Assembly (NCBI GenBank): GCA_963783495.1 | Contig: CAWANT010000004.1 | Location: 350,198 to 414,197, forward strand | From: an uncultured Chloroflexia bacterium | Lineage (GTDB): Bacteria; Chloroflexota; Limnocylindria; QHBO01 | Length of the DNA stretch: 64,000 bases | Direction of reading: 5' to 3' | Shown here: in pieces, positions 53,483 to 64,000 of the stretch | Layout of the letters: each line of letters begins with the position of its first letter | How positions within the stretch are numbered: position 1 is the first letter of the stretch | The notes under the pieces: generated by a model | Told to the model about the DNA's origin: nothing | Database searches by the model: none | Seen by the model: the letters and a program-made list of their open reading frames with translations, nothing else | Program-made: the position numbers and the translations under genes

Positions 53483-56400
53483 GTGATGGACGGTTATTCG
53501 GTCAAGGACGCCGCAGTCGTCCTTGGCATTCCGGAACGGCGCGTTTGGGAGCTGCTTGCCCGCGGCGTGCTGGCCGGTGCGCCGGAAGGTCCCGACGGCA
53601 TGATCGTGTACCTCCAGCCGCGCGGCGCGCCGGCCTCGGTGGCGCAGCGCCGCAGGGGCAGCCGGTGCCGCCTCAGAATCGACCGGCGCCAGGACCAACG
53701 GCAACGGCGGATCGCACGAGCTGAGCCCCTTCCGCGAGCTGCTGACCGAGTTCCGGAACCTGACCGAGCGCTACGGGCAGGCGCTGCTGGCGCTTGGCGA
53801 GGCGCGCGGCGAGGTGGCGGCGCTGCGGGACCGGGTGGAGCTGCTCGAGGCGCGCATGGACCTGCGCCTGCCCAGCACCCCGCCGACCTCGACCGTCGCC
53901 TGGGAGATCCCCGAGTTCGCGGCCGAGGAGGAGGTCCGGCTGCATCAGTCTTCGAGGCCGATGCGTCCGCGGCGGACAGACGCGGCCACCGCCTGAATTC
54001 GAGGAGGCCGTGGCGGGCGAGGATGAGCCGGCCGCGGAACCGATGATCGACCTGGTCGAGGAGGCGATCCTCGCGGAGGAGCTGCTCGCGGAAGAGGAGC
54101 CGATGGTCGAGGAGCCAGCGGCGGAGCCCGTGGTGGATGAGACCGCCGGCGTCGCGATGGCGGCCGACGAGCCGGTAGCGACCGGCCCGCGACCGAGCGA
54201 GTCGCTCCCGAAGCAGATGCGCCGAGACAGAGGCACAGGACGCCCGTTGCGGCAGCGGCCGAACCGGTGGCGGCCTCGGAGGCTGAACCAGGAGTCCGAG
54301 CCGGAGGTCGATGCCGGATCGGAGCTCGAGCCGGAGCCGGCAGCCGCAGCCATCGCAACCGCAGCCAGAGGAGGCGCCGCGGAGGCGCCCGAGAGCCCCC
54401 CGACGGCGCGCCCGCGGCGGCAGGACGGCGACCGCCGCCTTCGCGGCTGCCCTTGCCCGCGCCGACGACCCGACGATCGCCGAGCTTCCGGGTGCCGAAG
54501 AGACGGCGGCCGCTCTGGCCGCCCTGCAGCGCGACATCGATGCGTCCCGCGCGCGCGGAGTCCCTGCCGGGCAGCCGAGGCGGTGCCGCGAGGCCGAATC
54601 GACCGAGCCGCAGCCGACTGCGCCGGAGCCGGCCGAGCCGGAGGCGATTGCCGATGCCGAGCCGGCGTGTCGAGGACATTGCCGCCGCAGCAGAAGCGGA
54701 AGCGGCGGTGCCGGGCGAGATCTGGCGGCCGAGCCCTCAGAGGACGGCAATGCCGCCGCCTTGGCAGAACCCGGAGCCGACCGATGACGAGCCGCCGCGC
54801 CGGAGAGGCCGGCCGAGGCCGAGACGCCGGGCCACCGCAGGCATCGGTCCCGTCCTATTACTCAACCGATGTGGTGGAGCCCGACTGGTTCGCCGATGGT
54901 GACTTCAGCTGGCTCGAGGCTGCACAGGCCGAGGCGATGCGCATCGAGGCTGAGCGGTCGCAAGCGCCCGAGGCGCCACCGGAGTCGGCGACGAGCGCTG
55001 ATTGAGCCGACGGCGAGGAGGAACCCCGGCCGCCGCGATCACGAGCCGGACGGAGGCGGCGGCCGGGGAGCCCGTGGCCGAGGAGCCCAGCCCGGAGCCC
55101 GTGGCTGAGGCCGAGGTGCCTGCATCCGAGCCGGAGCCGGCGATGCCGTCCGATGAGCCTAGACGAGGGCGGCGACCTCCGCGCGGTTCGCCATCGAGAT
55201 GGGTGACGAAGGACGGGCGTGGCTGCCGCAGACGTGGCCTTCGGGGAGCACCCCGACCCGGACGCCACGCCGCCCGACGTGGGGCATGACCAGTTCGCGC
55301 CGAGCTTCGAGTCACAGGCGATGGCCGAAGAGGAAGCCCGGACCGCCATCCAGGACGCTTTCGAGGAGGCACCAAGCGGCCTCGAAGAGGAGTCGCTCGC
55401 CGCCGGGGGCGCAGCCGTCGCGGTGGCCGTTGCAGAGCCGGAGACGGAGCGCCAGCCAGAAACCGACGCCGCAGAGGATGTCGAGATCACTGCCGCCGCG
55501 CCGAGCCCGAGCCGGAGCTCGAGGTCGCTGCCGATGAGCCCGAGGCCGTTGTCGCCGATCCGAGCCCGAGTCGTCGCCGAGGCCCGAGGCCGTCGTCGCC
55601 GAGCCGACGAGGTCGCTCCCGACGAGCCCGAGGCCAGCCTGCACAGGTGGCGCGACGAGCGTCTGAGGCCGAGGCCAGGCAGGCGCAGGCGCCTTCGGAA
55701 GCCGGCCGAGCCAGCGGACGCCGGCGGAACCGCCGGATCGCAGGCCGCGGAGAACGTGCACGCCGGGCATGAAGCCGAGGTCGAGGCGGAAGCGATCCAG
55801 GAGGCGTTCGAGGAGCCGATGCCCGCACCGGAATGGTCGGCCCCGACGCCGGAAGGCAGAGCCCCCTGTCAGCGACCAGCCTCCGACGATGCACGCAACG
55901 AGCCGCGTGCGGCCGACGACTCGCCGCGGACCACCGCCGCAGCCGCCGCCGCCTTCGGACGTCTGGAAGAGTTCATCGCGCAGCCCGATCTGCCCGAGCC
56001 GGCCGCCTGCCCGCCGCGATGCCCACGGATCCGGTCCCGATGGCGGAGTCGAAGCCCACGCCCGTATCGGGCGAAGAGGCGCTGATGTGGCTGGGCGAGG
56101 AATTCGAGGAGGCCGACCTGGAGGTTGCTGCCCAGGGCTGGCGCAGTCCGGACGCTGCACCGTCCGCCCGGGTAAGCTCGACGCCCGTCCTGGAACTGTC
56201 GGATGCGGAGCTTGCGCGGCTGGCCGAGGACGAGGGATGGGACGCGGACGAGGTGGAGGCGATCCGACGCCTGCTCGGACGCCCGTCAGATGCCCTGGCG
56301 CCGGAGCCGCATCTCACCCGCCGCACCCGCGCCCGACTGCCGGTCCGGAAGCATCCCCGTCGTCTGGCGAGCATCCCGGCCCGTCCATGGATGGGTCCGC

Positions 56401-56598
56401 CGTCAGGCCGCCACCAGCAGCGTCGCAGCGCCCGGCCTCGCCAGCACCCGCGGCATCCCGGAGCCGTGGTCACCACGGCCCGCGGCCGATGCGCCGGGCG
56501 CTGGCGCCGACGAGCCCCCCGATCCCGAGTGGCTGCAGGGCCGTTCGGGCGCGGCAGCCGAGGCCTATCGGCGCCTGAGGAAGCTCTTTCCCAGCTGA
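53483..56598 (+). CDS. large (~1,000-codon) protein: N-terminal excisionase/MerR-like HTH, a coiled-coil segment, then a hyper-acidic Ala/Glu/Pro-rich low-complexity region. Many frame breaks, and a single-gene model is not proven
   Basis: MDGYSVKDAAVVLGIPERRVWELLARGVLAG forms the HTH. ELSPFRELLTEFRNLTERYGQALLALGEARGEVAALRDRVELLEARM forms the coiled coil. Acidic stretches follow (..EPMIDLVEEAILAEELLAEEEPMVEEPAAEPVVDE..). Islands include PDWFADGDFSWLEAAQAEA, LSDAELARLAEDEGWDADEVEAIRRLLGR, and the tail PEWLQGRSGAAAEAYRRLRKLFPS*. No alternative conserved gene is seen on either strand. Confidence 0.55.
55520..55634 (+). repeat. imperfect direct repeat inside the acidic-protein gene (27-nt cores 88 nt apart)
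   Basis: gaggtcgctgccgatgagcccgaggcc (55520-55546) matches gaggtcgctcccgacgagcccgaggcc (55608-55634). These encode EVA(A/P)DEPEA. Further gagccNgag-type units lie nearby. Confidence 0.4.
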
Positions 56599-56610
56599 CC
56601 CGTCAACGGC

Positions 56611-57323
56611 TCAGGCCTTGGCAGTCAGCTCGTCCAGCTCGTCGCGCAGCGCGGTGAGATCCGTGTCCTGCCTGGCCCAGTCGGCAAGCTCCGGATTGAG
56701 CTGAAAGGCGCGGCGCAGGAGCGGTCGCGCGTCGTCGAGGCGGCCGGCGAGCGCCTGGAAGCAGGCGATGTTGTAGGCCGCGGCCGCCGCGTCCCGCTCC
56801 GGCAGTCCTCCACTTTCGACGATCCGCTGCGTCTCGTCCAGATAGGCGGCGATCCGATCCGCATCGGCGCCGACGCCAGCCTGCACGACCCAGCCGAAGT
56901 GCTCGAAGGCATGAAACGGCCCGTTGCCGAACGTTCCTCCGAACGAGCCGCTCCGACCCCGCCAGCGCCTCCGGGTCGGTGGCCGAGATCTCGCCGATCA
57001 GGCGCTCGCTGACGTCATCGGCCTCCTTGCTGATCGCCTCCCAGTCCCAGTCGGCACGCGCCGCCTGCTGCTCGGTGTTGATTGCCTGGATCTCGTCGCT
57101 CGGACATTTCGGCCGGCTCCTCGCCGCGCCGCGCATCCGCATAGCGATTCGCCTGGCGCGCCTTCCACGCGGTCAGGTGCGCCTGGTGATCCTTCGGCGA
57201 CCAGTCGCCTTCGCGCATGGGGCGGTCGCGGACATCGGGATCCAGCCCACCGAAGACATCGCGCTCGGCGTCGCGCATCGAGCGCAGCAGGGCCACCAGG
57301 GTCGCGGTCAGGTCCGTGCTCAT
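56611..57323 (-). CDS. DinB/YfiT-like four-helix-bundle N-terminal domain fused to a TPR-like C-terminus, about 3 frame breaks
   Basis: MSTDLTATLVALLRSMRDAERDVFGGL..GDWSPKDHQAHLTAWKARQ starts at ATG 57323 (ORF 57015..57371). The middle part is in ORF 56603..57142. The C-terminal part ..AAAAYNIACFQALAGRLDDARPLLRRAFQLNPELADWA.. is in ORF 56611..56886. Confidence 0.5.
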
Positions 57324-57354
57324 CGATCCTCCTTCGGGAAAGCGGCGGTGGCGT

Positions 57355-58834
57355 TCAGGCGCTCGGTCCAAGATGGAAGCCCAGCCGCCGCGGCAGCGCG
57401 GTGAGCTGGCGCAGCCACCATGGTGCCCGACGGCCCTGCATCTCGCGGGCCTCGCGGCTCATGATCGCCCGCCGGATCACGCGCGCGCCAAGGTAGCGGA
57501 AGGGCTCCGGCGGCAGCCGATGCGGTGGTGGGCTCACCAGGCAGAGCCGCGTGATCGGCTCATCGGACCCAAGCGCCAGGGCGGCCAGCACTCGTCCGGC
57601 CAGGTGGGAGGGCGCCACCCCGTTGCCGGAGTAGCCGAGGGCGTAGTGGACGGCCCCGCCCTTGAGCGTGCCGAAGCGGGGCAGATGGTCGCCGCTGACG
57701 TCGATCGGTCCGCCCCAGGCATCGGTCAGGCGCACGTCGGCCAGCTGCGGGAAAAGGGTGCGGAAGGCCGTCGGCCGCCCGCCGGGCCGAGCCAAGGTCA
57801 TCGGTGAACGAGGGACCGATGCGTCCGTCGTAGCCCGGCACGCCGCCACCGGAGCCGATCGCGATGCGCCGGTCGCGGGTGACGTGGAAGTACTCGACGT
57901 TGAAGCGCGCCGTATAGATGGACTCGCCGCCGGTCCAGCGCAGCTCCGCCAGCCGCTCTTCCGCGATGGGTTCCGAACGGACCATGTAGCTGCCCCAGGC
58001 GAGGATGGACCGATGGAACGGCCGCCATCCGGCACCCCACGCATTCACGGCCAGGACCACCTGGCCGGCCGTGAGCCGATGCGTCCCATCCGCGGTGTCG
58101 ACATCAGCGCGGTTCGCGAGCCATTGCGATGCAGGCGAGGCCGCACCGTGCTCTGCTCGTGAATGACGACGCCTCGCTCCAGCGCAATCCGCCGCAGGCC
58201 GCGCGCCAGCAGCGCCGGCTGCACGGTGGCGCCGTCGCGCATGAAGCGCGCCGTTGCGGAAGCGCGGGGAGGCGCAGCGCGCCTGGACCTCGTCCGGGCT
58301 GAGCGCCACGAACTCCTCGGGCACGCCCAGCCGCTGCGCCACCGCCACGGAGCCGAGCGGCCGGTCGTCGTGCGGGGCGGTGGTGGAGACGACCAGCATG
58401 CCGGCCTGGCGGTAAGTGGCGTCGACGCCGTGCTGCTCGCACCACGCCCCGATCGCTCGCACCGACTCCGACACGGCGCGCGCCGCGGCCAGCGCCGGCT
58501 CGGCGCCGTACAGCTCTTCCAGCGTGTCGAGCTCATCCCACCAGGCATTCACGAAGCCGCCGTTGCGCCCGGACGGGCCGCCGCCGCAGATGTCCTGCTC
58601 GAGCAGGACGACCTCCCGCTCCGGCGCGCGCTCCTTCAGGTGGAGCGCTGTCCACAGCCCCGTGTAGCCGCCGCCCACGATGGCGACATCGCAGGTGCGG
58701 TCCCGCAGCGGGCCAGGCAGGGGCGGCGGATCGCCTTCGGCCGCCAGCGCCTCGCGCAGCCATGGGCTGCGCACGCCCGCGACCGGGTCGGAGGGCGAGG
58801 TCCTCAGCGGTGAGGCTTGGCTCGGGCATCGCAC
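57355..58834 (-). CDS. FAD-dependent oxidoreductase (DAO / glycine-D-amino-acid-oxidase-like), about 3 frame breaks
   Basis: CDVAIVGGGYTGLWTALHL is a GxGxxG motif (ORF 57560..58834). The C-terminal part ..HYALGYSGNGVAPSHLAGRVLA.. is in ORF 57355..58044. The start is either 58834 or 58829. Confidence 0.75.
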
Positions 58835-58978
58835 TGGACGATAGCGCCGCGGTCCCGGTTTCGGAGGCCCGTCCGCCGTTGTTGGTTGACGCCAATGGTT
58901 CGCTGCTTTCGACTGAGGTATCCGCTGAACCCGGGCCAGCCCACCGCGAACCGGGGCCGGCGTCGGTATGATCCGGCC

Positions 58979-59571
58979 ATGGCCGAATACGATGCCGCCA
59001 CCGCGCTGATCGTGGTGGACGTGCAGAACGACTTCGCCGATCCGGCGGGCAGCCTCGCCGTGGCCCGTGCCGGACGCATCCTGCCGCGCATCAACGACGA
59101 AGTGGCGAGCGGCCGGCGCCGCGGGTGGGATGGTGGTCTACACGCAGGACTGGCATCCCGAGTCGACGCCGCACTTCGCCAAGGACGGCGGCATCTGGCC
59201 GGTCCACTGCGTGGCCGACACGTGGGGGGCGGAGCTGCATCCCGACCTGGTGGTCGACGGCGACGTCATCCGCAAGGGCAAGCAACGGCGAGGACGGCTA
59301 CTCCGGCTTCTCCATGCGCGACCCGATCAGCGGCGCCACGATCTCGACACCGTTGGAGTCGCTGCTTCGGGAGCGCGGCATCACCCGGGTCGTGATCTGC
59401 GGCCTGGCGACGGACTACTGCGTGAATGCCACGGCGCTGGATGCGCGGCGGCTGGGCTTCGAGACGCAGGTGCTCATGAATGCGGTTGCGGCCGTCAACC
59501 TGCAGCCCGGGGACGACGAACGGGCATTGACCGCCATGGCCGATGCCGGTGCGGAGCTGGTCGGTACCTAG
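58979..59571 (+). CDS. pncA: isochorismatase-family nicotinamidase/pyrazinamidase, about 3 frame breaks
   Basis: MAEYDAATALIVVDVQNDFADPAGSLAV starts at ATG 58979. ..VVYTQDWHPESTPHF.. is in ORF 59067... The catalytic-Cys motif ICGLATDYCVNATALDA is in ORF 59125..59571. Confidence 0.75.
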
Positions 59572-59574
59572 CCC

Positions 59575-59769
59575 CTACGTCCCGGCCGTCGGCCGCCGCC
59601 GGCTCCAGGCCACCACGCCTGCGCCGATCGCCACCGTCAGCAGCCCGATGATCACCCACGTCTGGTTGCTGCTCATGAAACTGCCCGGAATCACCCCCAG
59701 CCCCTGGAGCGTCCAGACCGTCCCCGCCAGGATGGCAAGCAGGCCGATGATCAAGCCCACCGTCCGCAT
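59575..59769 (-). CDS. small two-TM membrane protein (hypothetical)
   Basis: ATG at 59769. MRTVGLIIGLLAILAGTVWTLQGLGVIPGSFMSSNQTWVIIGLLTVAIGAGVVAWSRRR.. has two clear hydrophobic helices. Confidence 0.4.
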   Translation of the reverse strand: MRTVGLIIGLLAILAGTVWTLQGLGVIPGSFMSSNQTWVIIGLLTVAIGAGVVAWSRRRPTAGT

Positions 59770-60001
59770 GCCTGCAGCATAGTCCGGGTGCGGCACAGGT
59801 GAATTCGGGCGGTCTTGCGCCACTCGGAAGGCTGCGTATACTCGCGTCGAGTCGGGCCGCCGATGCGCGGCGCCAGCAGCCTTCCCTCCCCTTCCACCAC
59901 GTCCAACCGTCGGCTCACGGGGTAGTGGCAAGACCCGTGGCCGGCGCTCACCTGAGGCGGATGACGCCCGACGTGGTCATCACACTCAGGGAGGGTCCCG
60001 C

Positions 60002-60333
60002 GTGGCCTATACCGATCAGGTGCTCACCTGTGCGGACTGTGGCATCGATTTCGTGTTCTCCGCGTCCGAGCAGGAATTCTTCGCGCAGAAGGGCTTCACC
60101 TCTGCGCCAAAGCGCTGCCCCTCGTGCCGCGCCCAGCGTCGTGCCGCCGGCGGCGGCAGCAGCTACGGCAAGGCGGCAGCTACGGCGAGGGCGGCGGGTC
60201 CTACAGCCGCGGTCCCCGGGAGATGTTCGACGCGGTCTGCGCGCGCTGCGGCAAGGACACACAGGTGCCGTTCCGGCCGACGGGCGCGCGCCCGGTGTAC
60301 TGCAGCGACTGCTTCCGCCTCATGCGCGGCTAG
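60002..60333 (+). CDS. zinc-ribbon protein (CxxC-x17-CxxC type, duplicated), one frame break near 60170
   Basis: VLTCADCGIDFVFSASEQEFFAQKGFTSAPKRCPSCR is followed by a Gly/Ser/Tyr-rich linker. MFDAVCARCGKDTQVPFRPTGARPVYCSDCF (ORF 60124..60333) follows. The start is GTG. Confidence 0.65.
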
Positions 60334-60507
60334 CGCCCGACCGGCGCCCCGAGCGGCCTTCCGGCTCTCATCGGGAGGCCGCTTTTCTGTGCCCGATGGC
60401 GGTCCCTGGATGCGTGCGCTCCGACCGTCGTTAACGGAGCGATGCGTCCCCGGCCGTAGAATGCGAAGGCGATTCACGCGGCAGAGAACTTGCGGGAGAG
60501 GCGCCTG

Positions 60508-62364
60508 ATGGGCGACCACGACACCTGGCGCGACCTTGGGCAGCAGCTGCGCGTCGACTCGATCCGATCCAGCGCCGCCGCCGGCTCCGGCCACCCGACC
60601 TCGTCGATGTCCGCCGCCGACCTGATGGCGGTGCTGATCAGCAAGTACCTGCACTACGACTTCGGCGCGCCCGACGACCCGCGCAACGACCACCTCATCT
60701 TCTCGAAGGGCCACGCTTCACCGCTGCTGTACGCCATCTATAAGGCGGCCGGCGCCATCAGCGACGACGAGATGCTGACCTTTCGCAGGCTTGGCAGCCG
60801 GATCGAGGGTCATCCGACGCCGGTCCTGCCGTGGGTCGACGTGGCCACCGGCTCGCTGGGCCAGGGGCTGCCGATCTCGGTCGGCGTTGCCTATGCCGGC
60901 CGCTACTTCGACAGGATCCCGTATCGGGTGTGGACCCTGTGCGGCGACTCCGAGATGGCGGAAGGCTCGATGTGGGAGGCGTTCGAGGCCGCGGGCTTCC
61001 ACGGCCTGGACAACCTGACCGCCATCATCGACGTCAATCGGCTGGGCCAGACCGGCGAGACGATGCACGGCTGGGACCTCGATGCCTACGTCAACCGGGC
61101 AACCGGCTTTGGCTGGCATGCGATACCGATCGACGGCCACGACGTGGCGGAGATCGACGCCGCCCTGGCTGAGGCGATCGCCACCACCGGCCGACCGACC
61201 GTGATCGTGGCCAGGACGGAGAAGGGCCACGGCGTCGCGGCCGTGGCCAATGTCAACGGCGCGCATGGGAAGCCGCTGGGCGATCCCGACGAGGCCATCG
61301 AGGAGCTGGGCGGGATCCGCAACATCAGCGTGCAGGTGCCAAGCCGGAGGGCAGCGACAAGCCGCACAGGTTCCCGACGGACGGCCCGCTGATCCTGCCG
61401 GCCTACGAGATCGGCACCAAGGAGGCGACCCGCAAGGCCTACGGCGACGCACTCGTGGCGCTGGGCAACGCTCGCGGCGACGTGATTGCCATCGACGGCG
61501 AGGTCGGCAACTCGACCTACTCCGAGGAGTTCGCCAAGGCGCACCCCGACCGGTTCGTGCAGGCCTACATCGCCGAGCAGCAGATGCTGGCCTACGCCGT
61601 CGGCTTCCAGGTGCGCGGCTGGCGGCCGTTTGCGGCCACCTTCGCCGCCTTCCTGTCGCGCGCCTATGACTTCGTGCGCATGGCCGCCGTCAGCCGCGCC
61701 AGCCTGGTGCTCGCCGGCTCGCATGCGGGCGTGAGCATCGGCGAGGATGGACCATCGCAGATGGCGCTGGAGGACCTGGCCGCCCTGCGCGCCGTCCATG
61801 GCAGCACCGTGCTCTACCCGTCGGACGCGAACCAGGCAGCCGCGCTCCTGGCCGAGGCGGCTGACCGCGAGGGAATCGTCTTCATGCGCACGACGCGCGA
61901 GAAGACGCCGGTCATCTACCCGCCGGGCGAGTCGTTCCCGATCGGTGGTGCCCGCGTGGTGCGCTCAGGCGAGGACGACCGCGTCACCCTGGTCGGGGCC
62001 GGCATCACGCTGCACGAGGCGATGAAGGCAGCCGACGCGCTTGGCTGCCGAGGGGATCAGCGCCCGCGTGATCGACCTGTACTCGGTCAAGCCGGTCGAC
62101 GCCGACACGCTGCGGGCCGCCGCGCGCGAGACCGAAGCGATCGTCACGATCGAGGATCACTTCCCCGAGGGCGGACTCGGCGACGCCGTGCTGGACGCCC
62201 TGGCCGAAGCGCCGGAGCGGCCCGTCGTGCGGAAGCTGGCGGTCCGGATCATGCCAAGCTCGGCAACGCCGGCCGAGCAGCTGGCGGCGGCGGGCATTGA
62301 CGCGGAACACATCGTGGCGGCGGCGCGCGACCTGGTTGGCGCTCACGCCGGCGCGGAGGCCTGA
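60508..62364 (+). CDS. tkt: transketolase (short fused form, ~618 codons), about 3 frame breaks
   Basis: SGHPTSSMSAADLMAVL and the ThDP motif CGDSEMAEGSMWEA are in the N-terminal part. The linker VQVP|KPEGSDKPHRF is readable across a frame break, with no stop or start that would indicate split subunits. The pyrimidine-binding and C-terminal domains are in ORFs 61455..62300 and 62041..62364. Confidence 0.85.
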
Positions 62365-62379
62365 GGAGGTACGACCGAC

Positions 62380-63488
62380 ATGAATGCGCTGCAGCGGCTC
62401 CACGCCGAGTGTCGACCAGAGCCCGTGGATCGACTTCATCGACCGGCAGCTGATCGAATCCGGCCGCCTCCGCGATCTGGTCGGCGACGGCATTCGAGGG
62501 CTCACCAGCAACCCGACCATCTTCGGCAAGGCGGTCGCCACCGGGCAGTACGACGAGCTGATCCGACGCGAGATCGAGGCCGGCGACGACAGCATGGGCA
62601 TCTACGAGGAGATCGCGGTCTCGGATGTCAGCGACGCGGCGGACGTGCTGCGGCCGGTCTACGACGCAGGCCGACGGGGCCGACGGCTTCGTCTCGATCG
62701 AGGTCGAGCCGGACCTGGCCGACGACACCGCTGGCACGCTGGAACGCGCGCGTCACCTCTGGCAGCGCGTCGGGCGCCCCAACGCGTTCGTCAAGATCCC
62801 GGCCACCGCCGCCGGGCTGCCGGCCATCGAGGATGCCATCGCCGAGGGGATCAACATCAACATCACCCTGATGTTCAGCGTCGACGTGTACCGCGACGTG
62901 GCACGCGCCTACATCGCCGGCCTGCGCCGTCGCCTGGAGCGCGGCGAGGACGTGACCGCGGGTGGCATCGGTCGCCAGCTTCTTCGTCAGTCGGGTGGAC
63001 ACCAAGGTCGACAAGCAGCCTGGACGAGATCGGGACCGATGCGGCCCTGGCCCTGCGGGGGCAGGCCGCCATCGCCAACGCGAAGCTCGCCTACGAGGCG
63101 TTCGAGGAGATCTTCAGCGGCGAGGAGTTCGCCGAGCTGCGCGGCAGCCGGGGCGCGCGTCCAGCGCTGCCTGTGGGCAAGCACCTCGACCAAGAACCCC
63201 GACTACCGCGACGTGCTCTACGTCGAGGAGCTGATCGGTCCGATGACCGTCAACACCATGCCAATCGAGACCATCGAGGCCTTCCTCGACCACGGCAAGC
63301 TGGAACGGACGCTCGACCAGGACGTGGCCGGCGCGCATACGACCCTGCGGCTGCTCGAGGAGCAGGGAATCAGCATGCGGCAGGTCACGGACGAGCTGAT
63401 CGACGAAGGCGTGGCCGCCTTCGGCAAGTCCTTCGACGACCTCATCGCTGCCATCGACAGCCAGCGCAAGGCGCTCGCACCGGCATGA
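62380..63488 (+). CDS. tal: transaldolase, about 4 frame breaks
   Basis: SPWIDFIDR..LTSNPTIFGKA.. forms the N-terminal part. The Schiff-base lysine context is NAFVKIPAT. The C-terminal part is in ORF 62625..63488. Confidence 0.85.
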
Positions 63489-64000
63489 CCGATGGCCCGC
63501 TCGACGCGGCCATCGCGGAGCGACTCGCCACCTGGGAGAAGGAGGGCGTCGCCGAAGCGGCTGTGGGCCAAGGACGGCAGCCTGTGGGCCGACTCCGGAA
63601 CGCCGCCGGAGACGCTGAGCGGCTGGCTGGGCTGGCTGGACCTGCCGTACACGATGCGCGGCAGGGTTGCCGAGCTGGAGCACCTGGCGCGCGACGTGAT
63701 CGACGACGGGTATGCCCGCGCAGCGGTGCTCGGCATGGGCGGCTCCAGCCTGGCACCCGAGGTCTTCAGCCGCACCTTCGGCGCTGGTGGCGCGACGCGC
63801 GACGGCATGGAGCTGCGCATCCTGGACTCGACCCACCCCGATGCCGTTCGAGGCTTCAGGGAGTGGGCGCAGTCGGCCCGGACCATCTTCTTCGTCAGCA
63901 GCAAGTCCGGCTCGACCATCGAGCCGAACGCCTTCCACGCCGCCATGTCCGACTTCGCGCCGGCGCTCGACTTCATCGCCATCACCGATCCGGGCAGCTC
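63485..64000 (+). CDS. pgi: glucose-6-phosphate isomerase, 5' part (runs off the window end), about 2 frame breaks
   Basis: The ATG at 63485 overlaps the tal TGA (ATGA). Readable by frame-hopping: ..LWAKDGSLWAD.., GMGGSSLAPEVF and FFVSSKSGSTIEPN. Confidence 0.8.
   Translation, partial: MTDGPLDAAIAERLATWEKEGVAEAAVGQGRQPVGRLRNAAGDAERLAGLAGPAVHDARQGCRAGAPGARRDRRRVCPRSGARHGRLQPGTRGLQPHLRRWWRDARRHGAAHPGLDPPRCRSRLQGVGAVGPDHLLRQQQVRLDHRAERLPRRHVRLRAGARLHRHHRSGQL

Noticed and set aside
60508-62364. Transketolase as split N- and C-terminal subunit genes.
   Set aside because: The apparent stop at 61390-61392 results from a frame break. The linker VQVP|KPEGSDKPHRFPTDGPLILPAYEIGTKEATRKAYG reads straight through in the adjacent frame, with no start codon or RBS signature. 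A single fused gene is therefore more likely.

Overview
Very GC-rich bacterial chromosomal DNA. The gene content looks Actinomycetota-like, possibly Chloroflexota: F420/deazaflavin-type enzymes, truncated haemoglobin, Lhr, LigC/Prim-Pol, a septum-formation-family protein and an actinobacterial-type GT4 glycogen synthase. This taxonomic placement is inference only. I can support about 58 protein-coding genes and one truncated tRNA remnant. I found no rRNA, transposase, integrase, prophage or CRISPR array. Layout: (i) 0-19 kb holds small regulators (MarR, Crp/Fnr, ArsR-SRPBCC, an OmpR-type regulator, an ECF sigma) interleaved with redox and hydrolase genes, a class III cyclase and a truncated haemoglobin. 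(ii) 18.5-24.0 kb is a minus-strand operon with two ATPase/ABC-2-permease pairs, an esterase and an LLM oxidoreductase. (iii) 24.1-32.6 kb carries two giant FtsX/MacB-type permeases, two ATPases and a CheY-like receiver. (iv) 32.6-36.2 kb has a glycogen synthase, another ABC-2 exporter and a deazaflavin-type nitroreductase. (v) 36.3-48.7 kb is a nucleic-acid repair neighbourhood: full-length Lhr, a beta-CASP MBL nuclease, an ATP-dependent ligase, DUF885-GNAT-YcaQ/AlkZ and a LigD-type Prim-Pol. (vi) 48.7-53.4 kb has YihY, an M23 peptidase and GlgP. (vii) 53.5-56.6 kb encodes an HTH-anchored hyper-acidic low-complexity protein of about 1,000 codons. (viii) 56.6-60.3 kb holds small genes. (ix) 60.5-64.0 kb is a tkt-tal-pgi pentose-phosphate operon that runs off the window. 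The dominant anomaly is that most conserved genes can only be read by hopping between reading frames, through dozens of single-base frame breaks, while a few multi-kb blocks are clean. Coordinates of frameshifted genes are therefore my by-eye reconstructions from overlapping ORF-track fragments, not exact models. I see no obvious complete novel system. The best candidates for follow-up are the twin FtsX/MacB module, the repair neighbourhood with its coupled DUF885-GNAT-YcaQ trio, the HTH-acidic giant protein, and the tRNA-fragment islet.
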